In this document: piece after piece, positions 8,768 through 18,280 of the stretch | How the letters are laid out: the number at the start of each line of letters is the position of its first letter | How positions within the stretch are numbered: position 1 is the first letter of the stretch | DNA from: a virus | Taxonomy: Duplodnaviria; Heunggongvirae; Uroviricota; Caudoviricetes | Length of the DNA: 37,371 nt | Virus record (IMG/VR): IMGVR_UViG_2579779116_000018 | Location: 1-37,371 of that record | Reading direction: 5' to 3' (one strand) | Notes under the pieces: generated by a model | Databases searched by the model: none | What the model was told of the DNA's origin: nothing | The model's input: only the letters and a program-made list of their open reading frames with translations | Program-made: the position numbers and the translations under genes

Positions 8768-8813
8768 TTTAGATAAAAATAATCCCGCCTAACTCAAAAG
8801 AATTAAGCGGGAT
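8768..8813 (-). terminator. intrinsic terminator downstream of the tail tip gene
   Basis: On the minus strand, AATCCCGC...GCGGGATT stem (8 bp, 18 nt loop) followed by ATTATTTTTATCT. Confidence 0.55.
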
Positions 8814-8833
8814 TAATTATTAAAATTAAATTT

Positions 8834-11800
8834 TTAAGAAACAGTAATACCGGTAGTGGCTTTTTTAGTTACCATTACAGTTAAATCACTGATCCATGTG
8901 CTAGGCGTCCAGTTGTTGATTGCGCTTGATTGCACTTCAAAGGTCAAGGTCACAGCACCTTTACCCGCTGGCATATCAATAACACCTGAGTAAAGACCAG
9001 TATTACCGCCATACGCCCTATTATACAACTCTGACCCATTCTTACGAACAATAAGGCGACAGGTGTCGTAATAGGTATTATTGTTCGACCCTTCACGCGC
9101 TCGCAATCCACCAAAACTAATTGCCGGAATAACGATTTGACGATCGAACTTGTGATCATCTTCAACGCGAACAGTGACCGTACCCTGTGGATAACCAGCA
9201 TAACCAGTATCAACGTTAACATCACGATGCGGGAACTTACGTCCAATCACCTTAACGAAATCACCCTTAACCTGAGTAGCTTCGAGCATACCCTTAATAA
9301 CACAGCTAGAGTTAATCGTGACGTTGTTCAGAGTACCAGAATCAGCAGTGATATTACCTTTAACGGTTGCATTCATGAACGTAGCGGACCCGTTCTTGTT
9401 GATATGCCATCCGGTCGATCCGTTCCAGTTGGAAGACTGGATATAGTTACCGATTTTAGCGTTATCAATTGCACCGTTTACGATCTTCGCGTTAGTGATT
9501 GCCCCGTCCTGAATCTTCGCGCTGTTAATTGCAGCATTGCCGATTTTAGCCGTGGTAATCGCCGCATCATTAATCTGGGCTGTACCAATTGCAGCATTAC
9601 GAATCATCGCATTATCGAGATAAACCTTGTTACCTTCGATACCAAACGGGCATACTTCCGATCCGTTCTGTGGAGCTACCGCGATTTTATCAGCATTAAA
9701 GATGATTCTCGTCGGTTGCGCCGGATCGTTGGTTGCGCTCATGTGAATACCAGCCACGCGACCATCTGCATTAACTGCCAGATTGTATTTGCTGTTAATG
9801 GTTCCTTTCAAAGCATCGATTTTTACATCTGCTTCCTGATTCACACCAGCAATCTTGCCATCCATTTCTACCCGAACTTGATCAATCTTACTTGCGCTTG
9901 CTGCCTCACTGGTAGCAATAGCTTGTTTCAGGGTAGTAGCAGATGCGCTAACTTCTTTGGTGATATCGCCTTTCAGTTCAGCTTTAACCTGATCAATCTT
10001 AGTTGCACTGGCTTGATCACCAGAGACAATAAGACTCTTTAAGGTATCGGCTGAGGCTTGCACCGTCTGCCCTGTTTCGGTAGTGATTTGCTTATGCATT
10101 GCATCAATTTTAGCATCGGCATTAGCGCCAGCTTGAGCAATAGCATCCGCGATAGTTTCATCTAAGCGGTCTTGTAAACCAATCAGGTCTTCCAGTGCTT
10201 CTTTGTCCTGATCGTCCCAGCTAATGGTAGATTTCATTTGCATGAAATACGGTTCAGACCAAACAGCATCATCCATACCGAAAATATCGTAGTGAGCACC
10301 ACGGATATAATAATCACCGTCTGCCAAATCAAAGGAAGTATGGCTAACACTATTCGTGCTTACCGCCCTTGCATCGGAGAAAGTGTTATCGGTTGCATAC
10401 TGGATGATTGACCCTGCATAGTCATGTTCTACGTCATCCGCCCAGCTAACAAACGCAGTATTAAAGCCACCACGCGCACTAAAACCTTTCATTGGCTTAT
10501 GTTGTGGGTTGATAGCCACTAAACGCGCTGGGGCGCTCTCTGAGTTGTTATAGCCCTTAGCCGATACTTCTACCGTCAGTTGACGCGAAAGGCCGTTAAA
10601 CTGGTTCATATCAAGCGTATAAGTCCATGATTCAGGATCGCGGGTACGGTACTGAATAGACTTACCAGCCTTGTTAGTCACCTTGATAATGTATGCTTCA
10701 AACAGGTCACTAAACTTGTTAGTTTCACCGTTGATCTCAACATCTAAGCCTTGCTGGTTTTCCCATTCGATAATCAGATCATTACCTTCGAAAGTTCCTG
10801 GCGTGCTACCCTGATTTTTGATTCGAATAACCGGAGTCGGCAATTCATAGGTAACAGTCGGATTCTGGTTAATCAGTTCTACCCAATCGGATCGAGCGAT
10901 GATACCGAAAGCACAAACTCGGTAATCATAAGAGCGATCTTTAGCCAGTGCGTTGACACTGAAAATTTGCTGTGAAGTCTGTCCCAGCTTAATCCAGTTA
11001 GGCGATCCACTTACACGGTAATCAATCTGGAAACCGTAGCGGTTAAAATCTTCCGGTGCGTCCCATGTCAAAGTTACGTTTTTACCGTGGATTGTCTCAC
11101 CAGTTGCCTTAATTCTGAAATTAGTCGGTTTCTGTACTGTCATTGAATCCGGTAAACCGCTTGGTCGGTTGTCTGGGTTAGCCGCATAGTTCAGGTCAGT
11201 ATAAACCTGAGAATTATATTCTGTGGCAGTGATAGTCATCATCCCAGCAATACCAGAATCAATCGAGCGATCAATTGCAGTAATACGCCATAAGGAATTA
11301 TTCAGCTTCAATTCATCATAGGTTACGCTGATAACGTCCCAAACTTCGGCAGTGAATGCGTCAGTAGTCATAAAGCTGATAACCTGAGTGATACGAGATT
11401 TATTTCGTTCAATGCTCGCAAGTTTATCAATCTGGTCTTTAGACTTAACAAAACGATATTCAATATCTTTAGCGATAATTCGACCATCTTGACGAATAGT
11501 AGCATCGTTTTCAGCATCAGCCGGATAACGTAGCATTTGCTCTGAATAGTCGATTGATGGTTCTTGATACATCGCGTTAATGGTATTGAAATAACCGTTA
11601 GTGCCACCTGTTTTCAGTGATACCTTACCCATCATGATATTGTCTTCATTGAAGGTATGCTTAACAATATCAGGAGCATCCAGTTTCAGGGTAATACGTC
11701 CAAAGGATTCGAACATCACCCCGCCGAAAGTCTGCATAAGGCTAGTCAAGTTCTCTTTAAAGCTGGCGTTCGGATCACATGCACCGTTTGAATGTAGGTC

Positions 11801-12610
11801 CATCTGGCGTACTTGTTTACGTACTTTCAGGAATGAATCAACGTTAATGTTTTCAATTGGTACGGATAAGCCATATTTTTCATTTGTTAGGTAGTGGAAA
11901 ATCTGATCCACGCCGTTAGTGCTAGCCTCAATAGCATTGGTTTCAAGGTTACGGATTTTTAAGCCCATAACATCAACCGCTACTTGGCTATTAGGCTGGA
12001 GAATATCAACACCAGCAGCAAGAGATTTATCATCACGACGTAACACAATACACATGGTTGCAATACCATTGCCTTTGTAGTTGTCGTTCCAGTCTGATCC
12101 TAAATGACGTTTTGCCAGTGACAAAGCGGTGTTAGGATTCTTACCCGTGCGAAACTCAACTTCTAAAACTTTCCGGTATTCTTCTTTAATGTTGCCTTTG
12201 TCCAGTACACCATCACGGATCGTCATGTTCTTACCAACAAGAACATTTTTGTTATCGATAAACAGTGCTTTGTAATGGTCGATTTCACCCTCGGCAATAG
12301 CGAAGATTTGCACTAACTTATTGTTTTCTTGCTTGGAAATTGCTTTGTAAACGCAGATTGCACCTGTGCGGGTAGTACCGAAAAGAACGGGTAATACTGT
12401 CTTAGGATCGTTTGATGTTCCTAGTGTCACCGCATTATCTGGGCTTTGTACTTTCGGTGTTTTCGGTGCGCCTACAGTGGAAGCGATCAAGGTCATTGCA
12501 CCAGCAGCCATACCGATAGCGACTGCGGTCATAACAGAAAATGTTGCAGCAGCAGCCATCCCAGCAGACGCACCAGCAATAACCGCGCCTACCAATACTT
12601 CAAATCCCAT
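8834..12610 (-). CDS. tail tip / central fibre protein: gpI C-terminal-like N-terminus fused to gpJ-like host specificity protein (1258 aa)
   Basis: N-terminal Gly/Ala-rich hydrophobic region then PKTPKVQSPDN...LPVLFG resembles the C-terminal half of lambda gpI; central FN3-like repeats; AxI-type beta-helix repeats (NAAIGTAQINDAAITTAKIGNAAINSAKI); C-terminal about 150 aa (SGTLNNVTI..SC.IKG...DDHKFDRQIVIP...VIDMPAGKG) resemble the lambda J receptor-binding end. Start ATG overlaps upstream stop (TAATG). Confidence 0.85.
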   Translation of the reverse strand: MGFEVLVGAVIAGASAGMAAAATFSVMTAVAIGMAAGAMTLIASTVGAPKTPKVQSPDNAVTLGTSNDPKTVLPVLFGTTRTGAICVYKAISKQENNKLVQIFAIAEGEIDHYKALFIDNKNVLVGKNMTIRDGVLDKGNIKEEYRKVLEVEFRTGKNPNTALSLAKRHLGSDWNDNYKGNGIATMCIVLRRDDKSLAAGVDILQPNSQVAVDVMGLKIRNLETNAIEASTNGVDQIFHYLTNEKYGLSVPIENINVDSFLKVRKQVRQMDLHSNGACDPNASFKENLTSLMQTFGGVMFESFGRITLKLDAPDIVKHTFNEDNIMMGKVSLKTGGTNGYFNTINAMYQEPSIDYSEQMLRYPADAENDATIRQDGRIIAKDIEYRFVKSKDQIDKLASIERNKSRITQVISFMTTDAFTAEVWDVISVTYDELKLNNSLWRITAIDRSIDSGIAGMMTITATEYNSQVYTDLNYAANPDNRPSGLPDSMTVQKPTNFRIKATGETIHGKNVTLTWDAPEDFNRYGFQIDYRVSGSPNWIKLGQTSQQIFSVNALAKDRSYDYRVCAFGIIARSDWVELINQNPTVTYELPTPVIRIKNQGSTPGTFEGNDLIIEWENQQGLDVEINGETNKFSDLFEAYIIKVTNKAGKSIQYRTRDPESWTYTLDMNQFNGLSRQLTVEVSAKGYNNSESAPARLVAINPQHKPMKGFSARGGFNTAFVSWADDVEHDYAGSIIQYATDNTFSDARAVSTNSVSHTSFDLADGDYYIRGAHYDIFGMDDAVWSEPYFMQMKSTISWDDQDKEALEDLIGLQDRLDETIADAIAQAGANADAKIDAMHKQITTETGQTVQASADTLKSLIVSGDQASATKIDQVKAELKGDITKEVSASATTLKQAIATSEAASASKIDQVRVEMDGKIAGVNQEADVKIDALKGTINSKYNLAVNADGRVAGIHMSATNDPAQPTRIIFNADKIAVAPQNGSEVCPFGIEGNKVYLDNAMIRNAAIGTAQINDAAITTAKIGNAAINSAKIQDGAITNAKIVNGAIDNAKIGNYIQSSNWNGSTGWHINKNGSATFMNATVKGNITADSGTLNNVTINSSCVIKGMLEATQVKGDFVKVIGRKFPHRDVNVDTGYAGYPQGTVTVRVEDDHKFDRQIVIPAISFGGLRAREGSNNNTYYDTCRLIVRKNGSELYNRAYGGNTGLYSGVIDMPAGKGAVTLTFEVQSSAINNWTPSTWISDLTVMVTKKATTGITVS

Positions 12611-13029
12611 TATTCACCCCCGAATCTATAAACTTGTTCATAGTCAATGTCTGAAACAGGAATGGTCATCCAGATACCATCTTCTTCAACGAGGCCATAA
12701 CCGGAATAATGAGGAACTACGGAATAATAATTACGGTTTCCTAATTTGTGGGCTGTGACCAGTAAGTCGCCGTCCTGTAAATCATCAGTGACTAATTTGA
12801 AATGTTTCTTAATTGGTTGAAGGATATTTGAATACCCGCTTAATTCTTTGCAGATTTTCAAGCCTTCTTCTTTAGTTGAATATTTTTTATAAAGAGAATT
12901 ATATAGGTCAGTACCAGCGAGAATATCGATGATCTTACATGCAATTAGATTGCAATCATTCTCACCCTGAACGAACTCCTGACCTATTAAAGAATTGATG
13001 TAATCGGTGATAAGCCTAGTTTTTAGCAT
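12610..13029 (-). CDS. putative tail tip assembly protein with NlpC/P60-like Cys/His motif (gpK-like), about 139 aa
   Basis: Position between minor tail genes and the J-like gene; ENDCNLIACKI Cys motif and downstream His residues; start placed at internal ATG 13027-13029 with RBS GGAGGT. Family call is tentative. Confidence 0.5.
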   Translation of the reverse strand: MLKTRLITDYINSLIGQEFVQGENDCNLIACKIIDILAGTDLYNSLYKKYSTKEEGLKICKELSGYSNILQPIKKHFKLVTDDLQDGDLLVTAHKLGNRNYYSVVPHYSGYGLVEEDGIWMTIPVSDIDYEQVYRFGGE

Positions 13030-13075
13030 GTTGAATACCTCCATGCTGTTATTTACTAGGCTTAGGGAGAAGGGA

Positions 13076-13846
13076 TTATTTCTTGAAGTCTTCGTACATT
13101 CTACGAAGGTTGTATTTTGGATGGCCTAAGCTAACCATGATTTGACTCAATTTAACCGCGCCGGGTTTACCGTTTTCAATCCACACGCGCCGGATTTCAT
13201 CGTAATGCTGCCAACAGCCTTGACCTTTAGCAATACGTATAGAATGTGTATATTTCTTGGTAGAGCTTTCTGGTCGCTTGCGCCCTAGATGTGCTTTTCT
13301 AATCTTTTCGCGTGTTTCTTCTGATACAGGTTTACCATAACGGGGGTTATTCTCTCCACGAGTAGCAGCCGATAATTTAGCTAATATTTCTGGGTTTGTT
13401 ACTTTTTTGCCTCTCATTGCACTAGGTTTACCATAGCGATGGTTCTTTTCACCCATTCGAGATGCCGACATTTTAGCTCTAGATTCCGGTGTATGTTTTC
13501 TTCCGTAAAAAGGATGATTTTCACCACCATCAAAACCACCGACACCACCAGGAGCTATATTAAGACATACACCACGCCCCCATTTTTCGCGTGCTGCCTC
13601 CACTAACAGGATTTCACATTCAAACGCTTCCTCGGCAGTATCAAACAATTTTGAACGAACAACTTCAAATTCATATATCGGGGTTTCTGATTCTTTATTT
13701 TTACGCTTCATCATTTTAATAACTTTACCCGATCCCACATATCCATCGTCTAGATTTGTGGTTGTTCTTTTTCCGACGTAATGATAGATTTTACCAGAGC
13801 GATTAGATTTAATAGTGGTGTGATAAACGTAATGGAATTTTTGCAT
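13076..13846 (-). CDS. GIY-YIG homing endonuclease with NUMOD3-type repeats (256 aa)
   Basis: N-terminal HYVYHTT...SGKIYHYVGK...GYVGSG (GIY-YIG module) and three copies of N-x-P-x-Y-G-K/R-x-x-S/T-x-E-T/S-R-x-K-I/M (NUMOD3-like DNA-binding repeats); own RBS; inserted between minor tail genes. Confidence 0.85.
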   Translation of the reverse strand: MQKFHYVYHTTIKSNRSGKIYHYVGKRTTTNLDDGYVGSGKVIKMMKRKNKESETPIYEFEVVRSKLFDTAEEAFECEILLVEAAREKWGRGVCLNIAPGGVGGFDGGENHPFYGRKHTPESRAKMSASRMGEKNHRYGKPSAMRGKKVTNPEILAKLSAATRGENNPRYGKPVSEETREKIRKAHLGRKRPESSTKKYTHSIRIAKGQGCWQHYDEIRRVWIENGKPGAVKLSQIMVSLGHPKYNLRRMYEDFKK

Positions 13847-13920
13847 ATAGGAAAGCCCTCAAAAATAAAGAATCTCTCCTATATTTATTGAGGGCTTTAG
13901 TGTGCCATTTAGTTTCAGTC

Positions 13921-14574
13921 TTATTTTTTAGACGAGTGCCAGCGGCTTTCGCTATTCCACTTCCCGGCACGAGAGAAGAATAGATCATTCTCGTTTCCGG
14001 CATAGGATCGGTGGATACCATCGGAGGCATGACTACGAGCGTTTTTATCTAGAACTTCCCAGATACTATTAAGCTGAAATTCCGATTCGTTTTTACACTC
14101 ATCATCTTCATGTTCGATGTTAATACCGATGGAATCGACCACCCCACGGAAAACAGGGTAAGTAGTTTCAACCTTGCCCGTGTTAGGGTTCAGGAACACC
14201 ATTTCGATTTTTACATCAGATTTATCGAATTGCTTGTTTCGAATCAGGGTAATGTATTCCTCGCGAACGTTAGAAACGGTTACGTTAATCCCGTTGTTGT
14301 TGATCTCCTTCTCTTCGGTATTCGATGAGATTTGAAGAAAATCACCCGTTGCGAGATACGTAAATCCGTTATAGTCCAAATCGAAATACCCATCTGTAAG
14401 CCGTAGAACGTCCCCTGACGCGGTTACTACTTCGATAATGTGAAACATCGATCCAGTGGAGAAAAGCTGCGGTAGCGTCAATCTAGACACGTTCTGACCT
14501 GTCTGGTCGTTGTAGACCTCGATGAAGTCCAGATTAGTGCATAGTTTGCTGAATGATTCCTGAATAGTTGCCAT
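13921..14574 (-). CDS. minor tail protein (217 aa)
   Basis: Start at internal ATG 14572-14574 overlapping upstream stop (TAATG coupling); syntenic with lambda L/M-type minor tail genes downstream of the tape measure gene. Confidence 0.55.
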   Translation of the reverse strand: MATIQESFSKLCTNLDFIEVYNDQTGQNVSRLTLPQLFSTGSMFHIIEVVTASGDVLRLTDGYFDLDYNGFTYLATGDFLQISSNTEEKEINNNGINVTVSNVREEYITLIRNKQFDKSDVKIEMVFLNPNTGKVETTYPVFRGVVDSIGINIEHEDDECKNESEFQLNSIWEVLDKNARSHASDGIHRSYAGNENDLFFSRAGKWNSESRWHSSKK

Positions 14575-15134
14575 TATACATTCTCCACTAATTCGAATTT
14601 CATCTTGCCAATCTGGGCGATCTTCCAATCGATATTTTCAGTTTTGAGAACAAATTCGCCTTCTACGTTCTGATACTTGATCACCTCACCAGCCAGGACG
14701 TTTTGACGCAAGTTAGGGAAGAGTTTCATTTCACCACCTGATTTCACGTCTTCGGTGATCGTGTAGATTTTCTTGTGGTTCTCAAACTGGATGACAGTTC
14801 CCGCTTTCAGTGTTCCGGTGAAGTTGGAGAGTCTCACCTTACGCCCACCGCGAGCAGTACCAGCAGCAGCCGTTACCATCTGGCGTACATCACCTGTATA
14901 TTTTGAAAAGTAAGACAGTGGCACACTGAAAGGACGACCAAAAAGGTGACGTGCTACAAATTCTTTTACTTCGTTAATATCCTGAGCCATGAAATTCGCG
15001 GTAAATTCTGCTTCGTAAAAATGGATGCCAGTAAAGCGACGCTGGAACTTACCGGAGATAGATTGCGCCTTGAAGAAAGGTTGTTTTGATTTAAGAGTAA
15101 AATCTGTGATTTTAATATTCTTTGATTTGAACAT
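14574..15134 (-). CDS. minor tail protein (186 aa)
   Basis: First gene after the tape measure gene; its SD (GGGGG) lies in the 3' arm of a hairpin (15141-15179). Confidence 0.55.
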   Translation of the reverse strand: MFKSKNIKITDFTLKSKQPFFKAQSISGKFQRRFTGIHFYEAEFTANFMAQDINEVKEFVARHLFGRPFSVPLSYFSKYTGDVRQMVTAAAGTARGGRKVRLSNFTGTLKAGTVIQFENHKKIYTITEDVKSGGEMKLFPNLRQNVLAGEVIKYQNVEGEFVLKTENIDWKIAQIGKMKFELVENV

Positions 15135-15140
15135 AGAAAA

Positions 15141-15179
15141 GCCCCCATAGTTTTATGATTATTTATCACTATGGGGGGC
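15141..15179 (-). promoter_or_regulatory. intergenic stem-loop sequestering the SD of the downstream minor tail gene
   Basis: GCCCCCCATAG...CTATGGGGGC stem (10 bp, 18 nt loop) between the tape measure stop and ATG 15134; followed by UUUUCU-AUG on the minus strand. Confidence 0.45.
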
Positions 15180-15185
15180 TTTTAA

Positions 15186-17540
15186 TTACATCTTACGACG
15201 CTGTGCGTCTTCTACCGCCTGAGCAACTAACTTAGCGTGACGTTTGATAGCATCCATAACCATCTTGTCTGAGCTATTAACATTGCCGTTAATGTTCAAA
15301 GGTGCGTTAACTTCAATCGGCTGAGAGTTACCACCACCTGATTTTTGAGCAGCAAGGAAGTCTTTCAAATCACCGTTAGTACGCTGATCAACTACTCGTT
15401 CACCCTTATCAAGCAACCATGTACCCTCACGAGGGATGTTATCAATACCATCATGAGCCATACCGCTAACGTTAGTAGACTTGATGTTTGCGATGCTCCC
15501 CATGTTCTGAGAAACAGCCAATGCAGCAGCAGCGATTTTTTGACCTGTGGTTACGTTGGTCGGATCGTTCCATGCTTCGGTAGCAGCCGTCCACATGTTC
15601 ACCGTCGCTTGTCCAATGGAGAATGCCTTATGAGCATTGAAAGCCATCTGCATAGCTTTAGTGTTTTCCTGCCCGAAGAGAGTCATTGCAGCAGCAAAAC
15701 CGCCATACATATCATCGGCTATTGACTGGCGAGCATCAGCATATTTCTTTTCAATTGCAGCCATCCGTTTTTGATGGTTTTCATTGAGTTTTTCTAATGC
15801 AGCCATCCGTTTAGCTGGATCATTAATACCATCAATATTGAGTTTTTCGGTCTTATAATCTTGTTCAGCTTCCGATTTCTCTTGATCGATTGCATTAAAT
15901 TTAGCAAACGGGTTATTTGAATCCTGATAGTCTAAGCTATTAGTCAATTGATTGGTTTTAAAACCATCCATTCCCTGTAACTGACTATCAATCTGAGAAT
16001 AGTTTTGCTCGGTATCATTCACACGACGCATATATTCTTCGTAGGAGATAGCTTTACCATCAAGTAACCGTTTATGGCTTTCTAGCTCGTTGTCCCTGAT
16101 TTGTTGCAAAACTGTTAAGGCATTCAGAGCATCAATCGGATCAGCACCCAACATCATTTTATAGATGTTTTCTGCGTTCTGATCTAACAGTTGCTGACGT
16201 TTAGCGGCTGCGTCTTGCTGAGAGATTAAGCCCATATCTAAAGCAGTGTCTAAATCTTTCAAGCTGGCTTCTAACTGCTTGTTTTGAGAAGCAATAGACG
16301 CGGCTGTCTGTCCTTGCAATTTAACATCAAGAGCATTCAGTCGCTTGATTGCATCCTCGCGTGCTTTCTGTGCTTTTTCTGCGGCTTCCTTAGCCTTTTT
16401 AGCTGCCTCTTCCGCTTTCTTCTTGGCTTCTTCTTGTTCTTTTTTCGATGGTCCGGTGACGCCTCCACCTTGACCCGTTGGGGTAAATCCGGTATCCGAT
16501 TTATTTCCAGTGATAGTAATTACCGGATCACCGTTTTTATCACGGGTAACGCCTTCACTATCCACCCAACGATCAGGATAATTTGGTTTATTGTTGAAGC
16601 TGGCTTGTCCACCCGCTAGACCAGTAGAACTATAACCATGCTTGTTAATAAAACCACCGTTAGCCATAGCCATATTCTGGCGAGCTTTTTCAAACCTTTC
16701 ATTAAAAGTCTTTAATGCGTTGAATAAAGCGGTCTTTTCCCAATCTTTATCAAACCAGTTGTAAAGATTATTCATCCCTTCAACAACTGGATTTAGTGCA
16801 TTTGCAGCCATACCCTTTAAGTTATCGGTAAGGGTATCCATATTTTTAGAGAATTTATTATATTCTTCGGCTGTGTCATTGGTGATTTTAACAGTTTGCT
16901 GATTAATGGCGTTTACAGCTTCCTGATAAGATCCGTATTTCTGCAATTCATCAGCCATATGACTTGAATCACTGGCTAACGATTCCATCATAAACTTAAC
17001 ATCAGCGATAGACGCACCAGCCTTGCGCATATCATAGAAGACCTTGATCGCCGCTTTCATCCCGCCTTGTGGATCGTTCATAAACTCGGCATAATCTTTA
17101 ATCTTCAAACCTACACTTTCTAGGTCGTCTTCAATACCGCCACCGTTACGCCATGCATCAGCCAGCTTATCTAAGGTGTCTTTGTTAATATCACCAAATT
17201 TCTCAACGGTTAAGCCAGTACCGGAGAATTGCTTCTCTAATTTCTGGAGTGTTTCGACGGTTAAACCAGTTGCTTTTGAAACTTCGCTGTATTCCTTTAC
17301 ATAATCACCGATGGCATTTGCAGCAGAAATAGCGCCAGCAGCCAAACCAACAAAACCACCAGCAGCCAAAGCAAGCGATCCACCAGTTCCGCGAAGGGTT
17401 CCACTTAAACTAGATAAACCACCAGACAAATCAAGATTCATTGCCCTTTCTGAAAGGTTATCAAGCATCTCTATCGCCTGATTGGTACTTCTCCTTAGAC
17501 CGTCATTATCTCCTTCTATTGTTACTATATGTCTTGTCAT
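15186..17540 (-). CDS. tail tape measure protein (784 aa)
   Basis: Long alpha-helical protein with Gly/Ala-rich N-terminal region and Lys/Glu/Ala coiled-coil segment, directly downstream of the G/T chaperone pair; RBS GGGGTAATTT. Confidence 0.85.
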   Translation of the reverse strand: MTRHIVTIEGDNDGLRRSTNQAIEMLDNLSERAMNLDLSGGLSSLSGTLRGTGGSLALAAGGFVGLAAGAISAANAIGDYVKEYSEVSKATGLTVETLQKLEKQFSGTGLTVEKFGDINKDTLDKLADAWRNGGGIEDDLESVGLKIKDYAEFMNDPQGGMKAAIKVFYDMRKAGASIADVKFMMESLASDSSHMADELQKYGSYQEAVNAINQQTVKITNDTAEEYNKFSKNMDTLTDNLKGMAANALNPVVEGMNNLYNWFDKDWEKTALFNALKTFNERFEKARQNMAMANGGFINKHGYSSTGLAGGQASFNNKPNYPDRWVDSEGVTRDKNGDPVITITGNKSDTGFTPTGQGGGVTGPSKKEQEEAKKKAEEAAKKAKEAAEKAQKAREDAIKRLNALDVKLQGQTAASIASQNKQLEASLKDLDTALDMGLISQQDAAAKRQQLLDQNAENIYKMMLGADPIDALNALTVLQQIRDNELESHKRLLDGKAISYEEYMRRVNDTEQNYSQIDSQLQGMDGFKTNQLTNSLDYQDSNNPFAKFNAIDQEKSEAEQDYKTEKLNIDGINDPAKRMAALEKLNENHQKRMAAIEKKYADARQSIADDMYGGFAAAMTLFGQENTKAMQMAFNAHKAFSIGQATVNMWTAATEAWNDPTNVTTGQKIAAAALAVSQNMGSIANIKSTNVSGMAHDGIDNIPREGTWLLDKGERVVDQRTNGDLKDFLAAQKSGGGNSQPIEVNAPLNINGNVNSSDKMVMDAIKRHAKLVAQAVEDAQRRKM

Positions 17541-17543
17541 AAA

Positions 17544-17918
17544 TTACCCCAATTGTCCGCTCTTGAGCTTTTGTAATAATGAAGCGTCGAAAAAACTATC
17601 AACCAAAGCAGCGTTACGTTCTTCCTCTTTCTTACGAGCAATTTCTTTTATTTCTTCTTGCGTTTTAAATTGCTTGTCGTCCTTAATCATTCGGAATTGG
17701 TTAACATTGATTTTATTCAACCATTCACGAGTCATGTTAGGAGATGTAACGTGCATGTAATACATCGACTGTGCATGTCGCGCATCTTGAAACAGGGGGC
17801 TTTGTGGTTCAAGATATGTATCGAATATATGCAACGCCCAAAATAGCGTAATTGGCATATTATCCATCTCATCTTTACTCAAGCCCCGACGCATCATTTG
17901 CCGAAAATAAAAATTCAA
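17544..17918 (-). CDS. tail assembly chaperone T-frame ORF (expected C-terminal part of a G-T fusion)
   Basis: ORF lies in the -1 frame relative to the upstream G-like ORF and overlaps its end. The ORF-track start is a TTG, not a credible independent start; the T frame is open from 17942. Confidence 0.5.
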   Translation of the reverse strand: MNFYFRQMMRRGLSKDEMDNMPITLFWALHIFDTYLEPQSPLFQDARHAQSMYYMHVTSPNMTREWLNKINVNQFRMIKDDKQFKTQEEIKEIARKKEEERNAALVDSFFDASLLQKLKSGQLG

Positions 17919-17926
17919 GAGCGGGT

Positions 17927-18235
17927 TTACTTTACCTCGTTTTCAATTACCGCCGCATCTTTCATCAATGATGCTTGAGCAACTAAGCCGATTAATTCGC
18001 TGCGGACGCTAGTATACAATGCCTTAACTTGTTCAATAGATTCAAATACTGGCTTACCGTCTTCATCTTCAATACAACGAAGAATAGAGCGTTCATCACG
18101 GTCTTTTTTATCAGTATTGAAAACATGTTCATTAAATTCTTGTACCGACATAGGGCGAGCATAGAACGTAAATCCTCCGAGGGTTAAAGATTCACGTTTC
18201 GGAGAAAGAGCTTTCAGCATTTCATTCAGATTCAT
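17927..18235 (-). CDS. tail assembly chaperone, gpG-like (102 aa)
   Basis: Small acidic protein immediately upstream of the T-frame ORF and tape measure gene, the conserved G/GT/TMP arrangement. Confidence 0.6.
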   Translation of the reverse strand: MNLNEMLKALSPKRESLTLGGFTFYARPMSVQEFNEHVFNTDKKDRDERSILRCIEDEDGKPVFESIEQVKALYTSVRSELIGLVAQASLMKDAAVIENEVK

Positions 18236-18280
18236 TATTGTTTCCTCATTAATAGTGATTACGCTGTATTTATTTAGAAT

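Noticed and set aside
9137-10042. 301 aa plus-strand ORF (with 8950-9246, 10751-10975, 11368-11894 and 12366-12758 ORFs) inside the J-like gene
   Set aside because: Antisense to a long, motif-rich minus-strand gene; no RBS; translation is low-complexity. Treated as shadow ORFs.
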